Below, one piece after another: positions 11,359 to 23,188 of a DNA stretch of 64,000 bases. Each line of letters starts with the position of its first letter. Positions within the stretch are counted from its first letter, which is position 1. Source of the stretch: Squalus acanthias (Eukaryota); the NCBI GenBank assembly GCA_030390025.1, contig CM059432.1:113834001-113898000 (forward strand), written 5' to 3'. A program made the position numbers and the translations under genes. The notes under the pieces were generated by a model that was given only the letters and a program-made list of their open reading frames with translations, did not search any database and had not been told where the DNA came from.

Positions 11359-11962
11359 CTTAACCACAGTTTCCCATTCACCAACTGTCCCACACTCCTT
11401 ACCATCCCTCTGTCACTGGCCATCACATTATCCTTTTGGCCACAATGCAAAAATAAAAGCCAACCCAAAATACACATTCCAAACAAATTTATAAATGAAA
11501 GCATGCCATATTGCATACAAAATGAAACTAATCACTCTTTCCCTGGGCCTATCCATTAGTGTTTCCAACACAAATGCTTTAGAGGTCTCTCCAGGCCGAG
11601 ATTCAAGGCTGCAATGAACAGGAAGTGGCTGGCCAGCAAGATGGTCCCTCCCCTTTACAAACTGGACGGCGCCAGTCTGTCTGGCTTCCATGGTAATTGG
11701 CATCGCCTGAGCTTCGGTAGCGTTCTGAGGTAGCGGCTCGCTCCCTGACGTTTGCGCCTTAACAGAGGTGTGTAGCGCCTGATTTAGTGCTCAAATCACC
11801 TCCAGGGGCGATAGAGGCAAATTTTGCAGTCGGAGGCGATAATTAGCGAAGGGCACTAAACTTTGCACCCGGCCGATATTAGCGCCCCAAAATGGGCGAT
11901 ACCAAATTTTTCCCCCCTTGTTCCTTGGCCAATATTTAGCCCTCAACCAACACCACCAAAAT

Positions 11963-12070
11963 TCTGACACAGAGTTCTGACGAAAGGTCTTCGACCTGAA
12001 ACGTTAACTCTGTTTCTCTCTCCACGGATGCTGCCTGGCCTGCTGAGTTTTTCCAGCGTTTTCTGTTGTT
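11963..12070 (+). mobile_element. 108-bp Penelope-like insertion carrying a hammerhead motif
   Basis: 11-bp TSD ACCACCAAAAT at 11952-11962 and 12071-12081. Confidence 0.75.
11969..12013 (+). ncRNA. Minimal type I hammerhead ribozyme motif
   Basis: ACAGAGTT-CTGACGA-A-AGGTC-TTC-GACCT-GAAA-CG-TT-AACTCTGT: 8-bp stem I, 5-bp stem II, palindromic AACGTT at stem III. Confidence 0.78.
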
Positions 12071-13734
12071 ACCACCAAAATAAATGTTCTGGTCATTATG
12101 AGATTGCTGGTTGTGGGAGCTTGTTGTGTACAAATTGGCAGTTATGTCTTCCTACATTACAATAGTGACTACACTTCAAAAGTGCTTCATTGATTGTGAA
12201 GTGCTTTGGGATGTCCTGAGGTCATGAATGGCCTATATAAATGAAAATGCTTTCTTTCTTTTTGGTAATTGAAACTGATAAATGTTTAAAAGGTTGTAAA
12301 CAAAATAAAAACATCAAAAATAACATATTTCACAATAACATTATTAAATTTGCCCATTGAATTGAGGTAAAGTTTATTTTGAGTGTTTGTGTGCATGTGT
12401 GTAATTCTGACTCCAGGCGATAGTGTTAAATGGTCAATAGTGAATCGGCAGTCCGTTTTACATCTCTCCTGATTTTCATTTCCATTGATGACCGCCTGGC
12501 TCAGCACGGAGGCCAGCCAATTTCCCTCAAACAACTGACAAACTGCAGCTTGGCCCCTGCTTGGTGCCTGCAGCTTTGGCTGGGTTGCATGGCCACTACA
12601 CCAATATTGCACCCATTTCAGGCAGAAGCCTAGAATTAGCCACAGAGTGAGAAGGAGAGAGAGAGAGACAGAGAGAAAGACACGGGCTGGGAGAATTTCT
12701 TTGCTCATCATAATTTAAGTTTTTTTTGGAAAAATAAATAAAATGAATTTCAAAGCTCCCAGGCAAAGAGACAATATTTGATTATCATCACCGGGGTTTT
12801 ATTGACAATTAGAAAATGTAAACATTCTCATTTGTGACAGCTCTGAGCTAGACACGAAGAAAGGCAAACGCATGACCAGGAGCTAATCACAAAACAATGA
12901 ATTCAGTCTTATAGAAACTCACAAACCTGTGTTGCCAACCTGTCTCCCACCCAGTGCGGTCAGGCCTGTACCCTCCCTCTCCCCTCATTGCTGGCACACA
13001 CCAAGAACCTACCAGTGAGCTAAACCGCCCAGTTCTGCCAAGCCGCAGGTTTCCCCTCCACAGGGATACCACGTCCCAAATGCTGCCAAACTCCAGCAAC
13101 ACTATCCCTACAATTCTTTGTGGCCTTAAAAGAACAGGTTTAGTTAAAAATAGATGCAATTTAACAGCAGGATTCTGTATTGTCACTGATATAACCCTCC
13201 TGTCATTATAAAACCGTGTATTATCTGATTTACCAGGAGCAACAGCATGGGAGATTTGCTGTTGAGTTATATAATTCTTTACAGTAAATATTTATGCTCT
13301 CAATAATCTATTGAAAATAATTTACCAGGAACGTATAGAACTTTAAATGATAGTAGAAGCACTGAGGCAATCTGTGCAATACTTCTCTTCTGAATGAAAG
13401 AAATGTCTCCCATCGATTTCTGTCACTCATAACCAATTCCAACTCTTTCTTTCCTGAGGATATGGACCACTTTGTATTGTAAGGTATTATCTCATCTCTC
13501 CCAAACCGTGTATCATCTGACACCACACAGGTGGTTAGCAACCAGTTTCATGTCTGTGCCAATGCAGCCATTGTTTGGATAGAAGATTGACCATCACTCC
13601 AGTTTTTCATTACTCCCATCTGCAAGTCCCACACAGCCAGTCTAACTGTTACTTCATTGCTGTTGTCCCTTTTCAGGGTGCAGTGAGTATCTGTGTTTAC
13701 TTTCTTAACTCTTAATTAGCTAATTTTTCAAAAA

Positions 13735-14260
13735 CAAAAAGAACAGCTTGCACTTACCTAGCAGCTCTAATACAGAAACCATCGCAAGGAGCTTTAAAGA
13801 GGAAAAATGGTTGCTGAGCCAGTAAACACAATCGAAGAGGAGGCATTTAAAGAAGAGGAGAGAAGTAGCAAGATTGAGGAGTTTAGGGAGGGAGTTCTAA
13901 AGAGTAGATACGAGAGATGGCTCTACCACCAATGGTGGAGCAGAGGGCGGGGGATGCACTGCATCCCAGAGTCAGAGGGCATAGGACAGGGGTTGGGATG
14001 CTGGGCTATAGTAAGCTGTAGAAGTCGGGTGGGGTGGGGCTGTGTAGGAGATGAGAATGAGGATTTGGTATTCATGGACAGCAAGTCAGTACCAACTCAG
14101 TGCGGAATGGGGTGGAGGAGGCAGAATCCTGGACAAGTTGGAGTTTACCTCGGACTGAGATTGAGAAGCCAGTGAAGGACATTGAAGAAGTCAAGTCTAG
14201 AAGTAACAAAATCATGGTGAAGGGTTTTAATGGTGTTGGGTTAGAAAGCTATCGAAGAAC
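13735..14260 (-). mobile_element. Old L2-like LINE 3' fragment
   Basis: Degenerate similarity to 30026-30640 (gagagg..gagtttagggagggagttc, gtcaagtctaga). Confidence 0.55.
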
Positions 14261-14373
14261 AGAGCTTGAAGTCTCCTGCATGTTAAAAAAAATCAAAATT
14301 AGAAGTCTATTTTCAGGTATGAAGTAGAGTAATAGTTCGTCATTGTCAAAGAAAGTGGAAGACATTTACTTAC

Positions 14374-14600
14374 TAGTTGCTCTGAAGAAACAGTCTTGGT
14401 ATCACGTTATTCATTTCTTACTGGATGTCCCTTGATTGTAGTTAAATGACAGCGGCAATGCCACAGCTGCTGTGTGTCGAGGGTTTGGGCTCAGTGACTG
14501 AGATCACAGTTGTACAAGATTTATGCAAAACCACCTTACTATTTATAGAGATGGAGGGGAAAGGCTTTTTCATTGGATAAAGAAAAACAGCCAATAGCCT
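14374..14600 (-). promoter_or_regulatory. Candidate DCSTAMP promoter and non-coding first exon
   Basis: Minus-strand CCAAT (14576-14572), TATAAATA (14547-14540) and donor GTAAGT at 14373, in non-repeat sequence. Motif evidence only. Confidence 0.3.
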
Positions 14601-15040
14601 CTTGGGAATCTATAAAAAGTCCTAAAGTGCATGAATAAGTGGAATTAGTGCTTTATTTGTAATAGCGCACTCAAAGGGCCAGCCTTTTCAAGCATTGAAA
14701 TTGCTGTTGACATAAAGGGTTATATTGGTGACGATTCAGGCCCTGATATTAACCCAAAGCCGGGAACGGAGCATGGTGGCGGTGGGTGGGAGGGGGGTGG
14801 CTGGTATCGGGCGACGAGCCTATAATATCGCGCGACGGGGAAGCCTGGATGATTTTAACATCCAGGTGCCATTTGTATAACGTTTCCGGGTTTCGTGTTG
14901 GGGTCATGCGTCTGTGGGTGTGCCGCCCACCCGCATGAAGCAATTTCCCGGCGACTCGTTAAAGCCTCAGTCCAGCTCTGCAAGGGAGGGTAAGGGACAG
15001 CAGTATTTGAAGATAGAAATTCGAGTTCAAATTCTGTATA

Positions 15041-16850
15041 ATGGCTGGAAAGAGAGGGAAGGTGGCCCCCGATTCACTGATGCTTTCCCAGAGGTCCAGT
15101 TGGGTGCTGTGTGGGCAAGGGCGGATGTGATGTTCCCCACAAGTGGGAAGAAGAAACCAACTGCCACCACGAAGAGGGCCTGGATTGAGGTGGCTGAGGA
15201 AGTGAGCAGCAGGAGTGTGCACCAAGGACCTGGATCCAGTGCAGAAAACGTTTCAATGACCTGACTAGGTCAGGAAAGGTCAGCACACGTCCTTCTTTAC
15301 CCATGCACCTCCTTTCCTCTTGGCCCTCCTACACCATTGATACCACTCCTCACCCCTGCATCTCTTTCCTCGGTACCAATTAGAACATTTCAATGCACCA
15401 ACTCTCATCCTCACCCCTTACACATGCTCACCTGCTACTTCCTCCTTTCACTGCTGCCAATAACCCCATCCTCATCTCATGTCACCTGAGCTGCTCAATC
15501 TGCACCCACTCTCATCAGACCTCCTCAATTCACACTGTAGCCACTTTCCACAATCGCATGCCATTCCCACTCCTTTTACATCTGCCTGATTTCCAGAGGA
15601 AGCAGACATCCTTGGGAGCCTCACCCCCTTTGCAGGAGAAGAGAGTGCAGAATGCCAGGGGGAGGGCCAGGACCTGTGGAGGACCACCAGACATCGTTGA
15701 AATTACCTGGGCGGAGGAGAAGGCACTGGTAATAAGCAGCATCTCTAGCACCTTGAGCATCAGTGATGGTGAAGTTGGTGGGCCAGCAGAGCAGGGTGAC
15801 TGCAGTAATCTTTCAGCCCCGCATCTCCCACAAACTAACTTCATCTTCAGCCGACTTCAACACATCAACCACTACGGTCAAGTGCTTCATGGGCGCATTA
15901 ACATCTTCTAAGTGCCATTACTAAATCTTCACCCTTTCTTCTTTCCTCCAGGGCCCTCACACGAAGCAAACAAGCCCCTGCCTGCAGAGGACGGAAATGC
16001 CTCAGAGGACCTGATACCTCTTGAGGAAGCACCATCACAGGCTACATGTGTTGCAGGTACCAGCACAATGAATGGGCGTTTAGTAAGGTAGATGGGCCGA
16101 CACCTGGTGACTCTCATGGGGGAGAGTACGTGTTGGAGGGGCGCCATCCTCTCCAAGCTCTGCTCAACAGGAAAGAGCTGCAGAACTCATGCAAGGCCAG
16201 CAATGAAAAGGAGATTGCTGGAGGCACCGCAGCAATTCTGTGGGGTATTGGCAGGCCTGCCTGGCACACTGTCCACTATGGCAGAGATGATGGAGGAGTC
16301 CACTTCCAGCATATGAGGGGTGATGTCGCAGGGTTTCTCAATTCTCCAATCTACCCTGGAGCATGTGGTCACCTCCATGGAAATTGTAACCAGGCACTCA
16401 CAAGAAGAGTCATTGCTACCAGCTGTTGTTGCCAGCCTGCAGGCTCATATGGGGGCTGTGCACACTCTGGGCTCCAACATCTGTTCCACATTTGACAAGT
16501 TGGTGGGCAGAGTAGATCGGAGCTTCCAAGGCATCACTCATCTCCTCCAGTCTGTTCTCCCGCAGACTTGCAGGACTGATGTGCTGTTGCCCCAGGGGAA
16601 GGATGTTGGCAGAATGGGCGAGGCACGTATAGATCTCCCTCAGGTCATCTGCACGTCTCATCCATTACCACCCCCTCAACTAATACCCAACATGGTGCCT
16701 GAGCTTCAGCTGGCCCACACCGCCCCTGCAAAGTGCAGGAAGAGCAGTCAGTAGCAGGACCCTCACGGGCTGCACCACCCAGAGGTTGTCGAACGCGAGC
16801 ACCTCAGGAGTCTGAGGAAGATACACAGCAGCCAGATCATTGAGGGTTAA
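15041..16850 (+). pseudogene. Harbinger Myb/SANT-like DNA-binding protein pseudogene (3 exons)
   Basis: Exon 1 to 15278 (PRFTD...KRAWIEVAEEVS...QCRKRFNDL), exon 2 15636-15795 (EKRVQNARGRARTCGG), exon 3 from 15952. GT-AG borders. Frameshifts present; 3' end approximate. Confidence 0.8.
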
Positions 16851-17092
16851 CACTTGGATGTTTCACGAATATGATTATTGGAACACATTAACACCTTTGT
16901 CACTTAAGCTATTCTCGTGTGCCCCCTGATTGAAGGCAACTTCAGTGTCTGGTTTTTATGTCATAGATGTGGAAGTCGGAGCTATATTTTCACGGTGACA
17001 GCGTGGAAGATGTCAAAGCAATGGAGTAAGGGCTGCAGGACTGTTTGCGCATGGGGTTCTGGTCACATACGAGTGGTAGGAGTGATTGATCT

Positions 17093-18090
17093 CTATGTGA
17101 AGTGCCGAGCTATGAGAGCATCCCTTGCATCTTGGGCCACAAGATGCTCATCACGCCGTGCATCATGTCCTCCAGTGTTACCCTCACCATCTTTTTCCTC
17201 ATCAGATGTAGAGTCCTGCAGGCCTTCTTCCTCCTGCACCTCCAGGCCTCTTTGTTGAGCGATGTTATGGAAAGCGCAGCATGCCGCAATTATTCTGGAG
17301 ACTCTGGCTGGTGAATATTGCAGAAAGCCTCCAGACCTGGCAAGGCACCTGAACCTCAACTTCAGCATCCCAGTGGCCTATGTCTATGACACACTTTGTG
17401 GTGCTGTACCTGTCCTGTTGTGGAATGGTGGGGTTCCAAACAGGTGTCATGAACCATGGTAAAAGTGGGTACCCCTTGACCCCAAGCAGCCATCCTTTAA
17501 GATTAGTCCCAGGATGAAACATGGTGGGGATATTCAACTGCCATAATACGAAAGCATCAAGGCAGCTCCCCGGGAATCGGATGCAGACCTGCAAGAACCT
17601 CTTGTGGTTGCAGACAAGCTGATAATTGATGGAATGGAAATCCTTGCGGTTAATAAAGGCTCTTGTCTGGTCAGAAGATGTGTGCAGTCTATGGTGCCCA
17701 AGCAAGTAATGCATCGGTCACCTGCCTGATGCATTTACAGGTGACTGACTATGGCACCCTTGTTATGTTCCCTATGGCTGCCTGGAAGAATCCAGAGGCG
17801 TAATAATTGAGGGCGGTGGTCACTTTCATGGCCATCGGCATAGCCTGGCCTTATGGTCCAGCAGGCAGATGGTCTTCCTTGAGGAGATTACCGAGGTCGG
17901 TGACCACCTGCCTTGATAATCTGAGCTTCCGAAAGCACTGCTCCTCCGAGAGCTCAAGGGAGCTGAGCCTCTGTCTGTACACCCTGTGAGGTGGGTGAGG
18001 CCTTCTCTGCTACCCATCTGCAACTCCCTCCTCAGCAGGTCTTTGCTGCTGCTGCTGCTCTTCCCCCTCCCCTTCTTCACTCCAACAGAG
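17093..18090 (-). pseudogene. Harbinger transposase pseudogene
   Basis: GTIDCTH, NRKDFHSINYQLVC, RFPGS, GWLLGVKGYPL..WFMTP and LKLRFRCL...CCAFHN spread across frames. Confidence 0.88.
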
Positions 18091-18689
18091 TGCAGCTAGA
18101 GCAGCATCTATAATCAAATTCTGCTTTTTCAAACAGAGTGTCAGAACCACAATCCGAATCAAACAGTAAACACAAAATCACAGCCCGCAATGAACTGAAG
18201 TGAGTGCAACAGCTTCCTTCAGATCGTGGCCTCCTTTAATTTAACCGCGCTGATCAGTCGGCACCCAATCCCGCCCCTGGCAATCTTGCCGACCTGCGTG
18301 AAACCTGTGCTGTACATGGTAAAATCACATCGGTGTCTTAAGTGCATCATCAGACCCTGATTTACATATATTAATGAGCCTCCCGCCTCTCCACAGCGGG
18401 AGACTCGTCGACCCCGATACTCATCGCCTTTAATATTGCGGCGGCCAGGATCGTGGAGGGCTGGGGGCGGGATCGCCATTACCGCCATTTTAACCCCTCA
18501 TCCAACCCTTTCCTGCCCACCAGGGGGATGGGATGGGGGTTAAAATCGAGGCCTCAGTGTCACTGGCCCCCAGTTTTGGGAGTCAGTCACTTTGACCCTT
18601 TCCCACCTGTGTACAACTGCCACAAAATCACTGCAGCACTTTTGAACTTGCAGTGTGCTAGAGTGTAGAAAGGTAATTACCCAGCGGTG

Positions 18690-20200
18690 CCATCTGCGGA
18701 CAGACCTCGAACAGTGCAGTACCAGTGGCACTCAACTGGCATGAGCCTCAATTTCTTATTCTCTGGCACCTTTCAGATTAGCACAGGGGACATAAGCAGT
18801 ATCAGCTAGTTTGCTGCCCAACGCGTGCATCAGACAGGTGACTGGTGGCTTATTCAGAGGGCCCAACACCATCATCTCCTCCTCGTCCACTCATCAGCAT
18901 CAGCAACAGCAACAGAACAGGGCTGCCCAATTCCACCAGACTGCTGGCTTTCTGAAAGCACAGGGGCCGATTCTTGATATCCAGCTGGCCATCTGAGCCC
19001 CTATCCACAACGTCAGACCTGCATGAGAAAATGGTGTTTTACTCCTTATCCATTGTTTATCTTGTCACCAACAGCATATCATGTAGGTCAATGGTCAGAG
19101 CTTTCATTCTGTGGCAATTATCTGTGCCGGACTTTATTCAAAGGTGAAGGGAATCTGTAAGGCAGGTGGCTCGGAGAGCAAAGCTACCCTTTTCAATCCT
19201 GGCTGATGACATCCTTGCAGCAGCCACAGGCAGAGACAAAGTGCAGATACAAGGGCCCGGAACTTGCGGTCCTGATGACGGTGAACTGGCAGCGTTAGCC
19301 ACCATTTTGCCGTTGAAATTGACCGCAACATCAGGATATAGCGCACGCGCAGCCGAATGCGAAAATCCTAAAGTTGCAGTCTGTCATTCAGGCTGCGCTG
19401 TGGACCCCGCCCCCCCTCCCCCCCCACCCCACCCAGAGCCGGCAATCAGTGAACTCGCTGATCTGATGAAAACTTCCCCTTTTCCGAACAAATATCACTG
19501 TTAGAAACACCATAAAAAGACCCATTCAAATGAGGCGTAACTGGGTTTTTAACGGCGATCTGAGCAATAACTACTGCTAAACAAACGTTATGGCCCTGAA
19601 AAACTAATTTTATATTGGTGGAATGTCAAGTTTCTCCATTAAGTTAAAAATTATTGATTTTAAAATTAATTAAAAAATACTCTTTTTTAAAGTTTGTTCA
19701 TGATATTTCAGCTTCTGCCTTAACCCAATGTGTATGTAAAAATCTTTATTTCGCTCTCTGTAAATTTTTTAAAAAGTGATTGATGATTAGTGCTTCCTAT
19801 TTCCTGGTTTGCTGTCTGTGAGAATTCTGTAATGTGATTGGTTGCTTAAGCATCTTGCTGACGTCACAGCAGCTCGCACTATGGGATTCCCACTATACTA
19901 CAGACATCGCGAGATCTTTGTGGGAAGCTTAATTCGGGGCCAGCAGCGAACGCTTTTGCTTCGCCACTGACCGCAAATTACGGGCTAATGTGGCCCATGC
20001 AACCTTCATGATCAGTATATAGTATACTATTGTTACTTTAAAGCAGTGCTTCAGATGTCCAGCCACATCAGGGTGGTTTACAGTACAACCCTCCCCCAAG
20101 GTCATCAAGATCATTGTCATCTGCTGCATTCTCCATCATTTTGCTAACCAGTGCTCTAACAATGCCCAGTTCAGACAAGAGCAGGAAGCAGACACTAATT
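18690..20200 (+). mobile_element. Older Harbinger transposase remnant (H6), interrupted by a MITE
   Basis: Degenerate GWLG..YP..WLMT before 19254 and LKQCFRC...LQYN...IIVICCILH after 19986. No termini recognised. Confidence 0.6.
19254..19986. mobile_element. Harbinger-type MITE (family M2)
   Basis: TIR GGCCCGGAACTTGCGGTC / GACCGCAAATTACGGGCT. An inverted relative lies at about 37791-38725. Confidence 0.75.
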
Positions 20201-20284
20201 GAGTATGTAGCTCCTGAAACACCGGTACCCCCTAGAATCCGAGAGAGAACACACAAAAAGAAGCAGAGGATAGGTTAACAAAAA

Positions 20285-20655
20285 ATCTAGGCTGACACTC
20301 CAGTGCGGTGCTGAGGGAGTGCTGCACTGTCGGAGGTGCCGTCTTTCGGATGAGACGTTAAACTGAGGCCCCATCTGCTCTCTCAGGTGGACATAAAAGA
20401 TCCCACGGCACTATTTCGAAGAAGAGCAGGGGAGTTATCCCCGGTGTACTGGCCAATATTTATCCCTCAATCAACATCACTAAAACAGAACATTATCACA
20501 TTACTGTTTGTGGGAGCTTGCTGTGTGCAATTTGGCTACCACGTTTCCTACATTACAACAGTGACTACACTTCAAAAAGTACTTCATTGGCTGTAAAGCG
20601 CTTTGGGACATCCGGTGGTCATGAAAGGCGCTATATAAATGCAAGTCTTTTTCTT
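20285..20655 (+). mobile_element. Deu-domain SINE (SacSINE1-like), 5'-truncated
   Basis: Core GGAGGTGCCGTCTTTCGGATGAGACGTTAAA typical of DeuSINEs. L2-like tail aaaggcgctatataaatgcaagtc. Confidence 0.8.
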
Positions 20656-20719
20656 TTGAACTTAAAGGATGGAAATCCTGGAAAGACTGTACCATCAGCT
20701 TAACTGGGGGCTGGGGGTG

Positions 20720-21400
20720 GTGGGGGGGATGCAGGCGGTGGTGAGTTCTATATCACAAGGTCACAAGATAATTATGGATGAGGAAAGCCATACTGCCTGT
20801 TTGATTCATCCATCTAGAGAGATCCACTGATGAGTACATGTTGTTTCTACCATTCAGCCAGTTTCTTATCCATTCCCAGGGTTTCCCCACAGTTTTGTGT
20901 AGAACTTTGTCAAAAAGCCTTTTGGAAGTCGAGTTACACCACATCATAGGGCTTACCACAGTTCACTTGGATTGTCACTTTCTCAAAGAAGCTGAGGAGG
21001 TTGGACAGGCAACCTTCCTTCTGAATCCACTATAGCAGCTGTTTACTAGATTGTTATTGTACAGATGGTAATCAAATCCATTATTTTACATGATATGGAA
21101 GTAAGACTAATCGTTCTATAGCTGCCTGTGACTGTTTAGTCAACTTTTTTGAACATTATCCTGTTTCTAATCTTATGGTATCTCCCCAGTGTCCATTATC
21201 TCCCTCATATTGATTGTCAGCGCCTCATAAATCTCCTCCCCTATCACTCTGGGATAAATACCATTTATCCCTGGGCATTTATTTATTTTGAGTCCATTTA
21301 GTCTGTATGGGTCATCCATCTCATTCATAATGAAGCCATTCATTTTACTTAGGATAACTTTGTTTGGAGAGGGCATGTTGCTCATGTCTTCCCTTGGGAA
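20720..21400 (-). mobile_element. Old CR1 RT fragment
   Basis: Degenerate motifs in ORFs 21173..21385 (KCPGINGIYPRV) and 20753..20959 (FDKVLH, WIRNWL). Confidence 0.6.
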
Positions 21401-21530
21401 TACTTGGAGGAAATATAGTCATTCAGAATTTTACTATTTTGTATAACAAATCCTGAATTTAGACATGGTATATAAGCAATAGTTCTTTAGTAATAAAGTA
21501 CTGTTGCACAGAAGGGAAGATGTAAATTAT

Positions 21531-22870
21531 TAGAATCATAGAATCATAGAATGGTTACAGCACAGAAGGAGGTCATTCGGCCCGTCGAGCCCATGCCGGC
21601 TCTCTGCAAGAGCACTTCAGCTAGTCCCACTCCCCCGCCCTTTCCCTGTAGCCCTGCAAATTACTTTCCTTCAGGTACTTATCCAACTCCCTTTTGAAAG
21701 CCATGATTGAGTCTGCCTCCACCATCCTTTCAGGCAGTGCTTTCCAGATCCTAACCACTCGCTGTGTAAAAAGTTTTTTCTTATGTCGCCTTTGGTTCTT
21801 TTGCCAATCACCTTAAATCTGTGTCCTCTGGTTCTTGACCCTTCTGTCAATGGGAATCGTTTCCCTCTATCTACTCTGTCCAGACCCCTCATGATTTTGA
21901 AAAGCTCTGTCAAATCTCCTCTCAATCTTCTCTGCTTTAAGGAAAACAACCCCAGTTTCTCCAGTCTATCCACATAACTGAAGTCCCTCATTCCTGGAAT
22001 CATTCTCATAAATCTTTTCTGCACCCTCTCGAAGGCCTTCACATCCTTCCTAAAGTGCGGTGCCCAGAATTGGACACAATACTCCAGTTGGGGCTGAGCC
22101 AGTGTTTTATACAGTTTCATCATAATTTCCACACTTTTGTACTCTATACCTCTATTTATGAAGCCCAGGATCCCATAAGCCTTTTAAACTGCTTTCTCAA
22201 CCTACCCTGCCACTTTCAACGATTTGTGCACACATACCCCCAGGTCTCTCTGTTCGTGCACCTCCTTCAGGATTGTACCATTTAGTTTAATGTCCTCTCC
22301 TCATTCTTTCTACCAAAATGTATCACTTCACACTTTTCTGAGTTAAATTTCATCTGCCACGTGTCCGCCCATTTCACCAGCCTGTCTATGTCTTCCTGAA
22401 GTCTATAACTCTCCTCCTCACTGTTCACTATACTTCCAAGTTTTGTGTCATCTGCAGATTTTGAAATTGTGCCCTGTACACCCACGTCCAAGTCATTAAT
22501 ATACATCAAGAAAAGCAGAGGTCCTAGTACCAACCCCTGGGGAACACTACTGTATACCTTCCTCCAGTCCGAAAAACAACCATTCACCACTACTCTTTGG
22601 TTCCTATCACTTAGCCAATTTCGTATCCATGTTGCCACTGTCCCTTTTATTCCATGGGCTTCAACTTTGCTGGCAAGCCTATTATGTGGCACTTTGTCGA
22701 ACGCCTTTTGGAAATCCATGTACACCACGTCAACTGTATTACCCTCATCAACCCTCTTTGTTACCTCATCAAAGAACTCAATCAAGTTAGTTAAACACGA
22801 TTTGCCTTTAACAAATCCGTGCTGGCTTTCCTTAATTAATGCACATCTATCCAAGTAACTGTTAATCTTT
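21531..22870 (-). mobile_element. CR1 LINE 3' fragment (RT)
   Basis: ORFs 22282..22854 ([21 protein letters not shown]) and 21671..22132. (TAGAATCA)n tail. Confidence 0.93.
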
Positions 22871-23188
22871 TTAAAGTTTTGGTTCCCGCTATCAAAAACA
22901 CCCTCTAGCCGAATGGAGTAGTCTGTTTATTCACTAATTGTAGCTGAGATCCACTTTATTGCTTTTCTCTCCCTGAAAGATATAATTTGTATTAATTTAG
23001 TTCTCAGAATTATAATTTTACCTCTAATTATGCAGGGAGCATGGGGGAAAGAAAGAAAGACTTGCATTTCTATAGCGCCATTCACGATCTCAGGACATTC
23101 CAAAGTGCCTTACAGCCAATGAAGTACTTTTAAAGTGTAGTCGCTGTTGTAATGTAGGAAACCCGGCAGCCAATTTGTGCACAGCAAG

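Larger units (their letters stand above)
7717..11917 (+). mobile_element. Decayed PIF/Harbinger DNA transposon H1 with a nested CR1
   Basis: Imperfect TIRs (GGGCGGGAAATTGGGCTTGGTAGCGCCC vs GGGCGATACCAAATTTTTCCCCCC). Contains HARBI1-like transposase remnants. TSD not preserved. Confidence 0.8.
11918..12260 (+). mobile_element. Deu-domain SINE, 3' half, interrupted at 11963-12070
   Basis: Matches the 3' portion of the 20285-20655 copy (ggccaatatt..ccctcaaccaacacc...cctacattacaa...). Confidence 0.75.
14739..18553. mobile_element. Full-span but decayed PIF/Harbinger transposon H2 (3815 bp)
   Basis: TIR GGCCCTGATATTAACCC / GGGTTAAAATCGAGGCC, TSD TCA on both sides. Convergent Myb-like gene (+) and transposase (-). 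Confidence 0.9.

Noticed and set aside
8175..18090. Domesticated HARBI1/NAIF1 host genes
   Set aside because: All copies are flanked by TIRs and contain stops or frameshifts.
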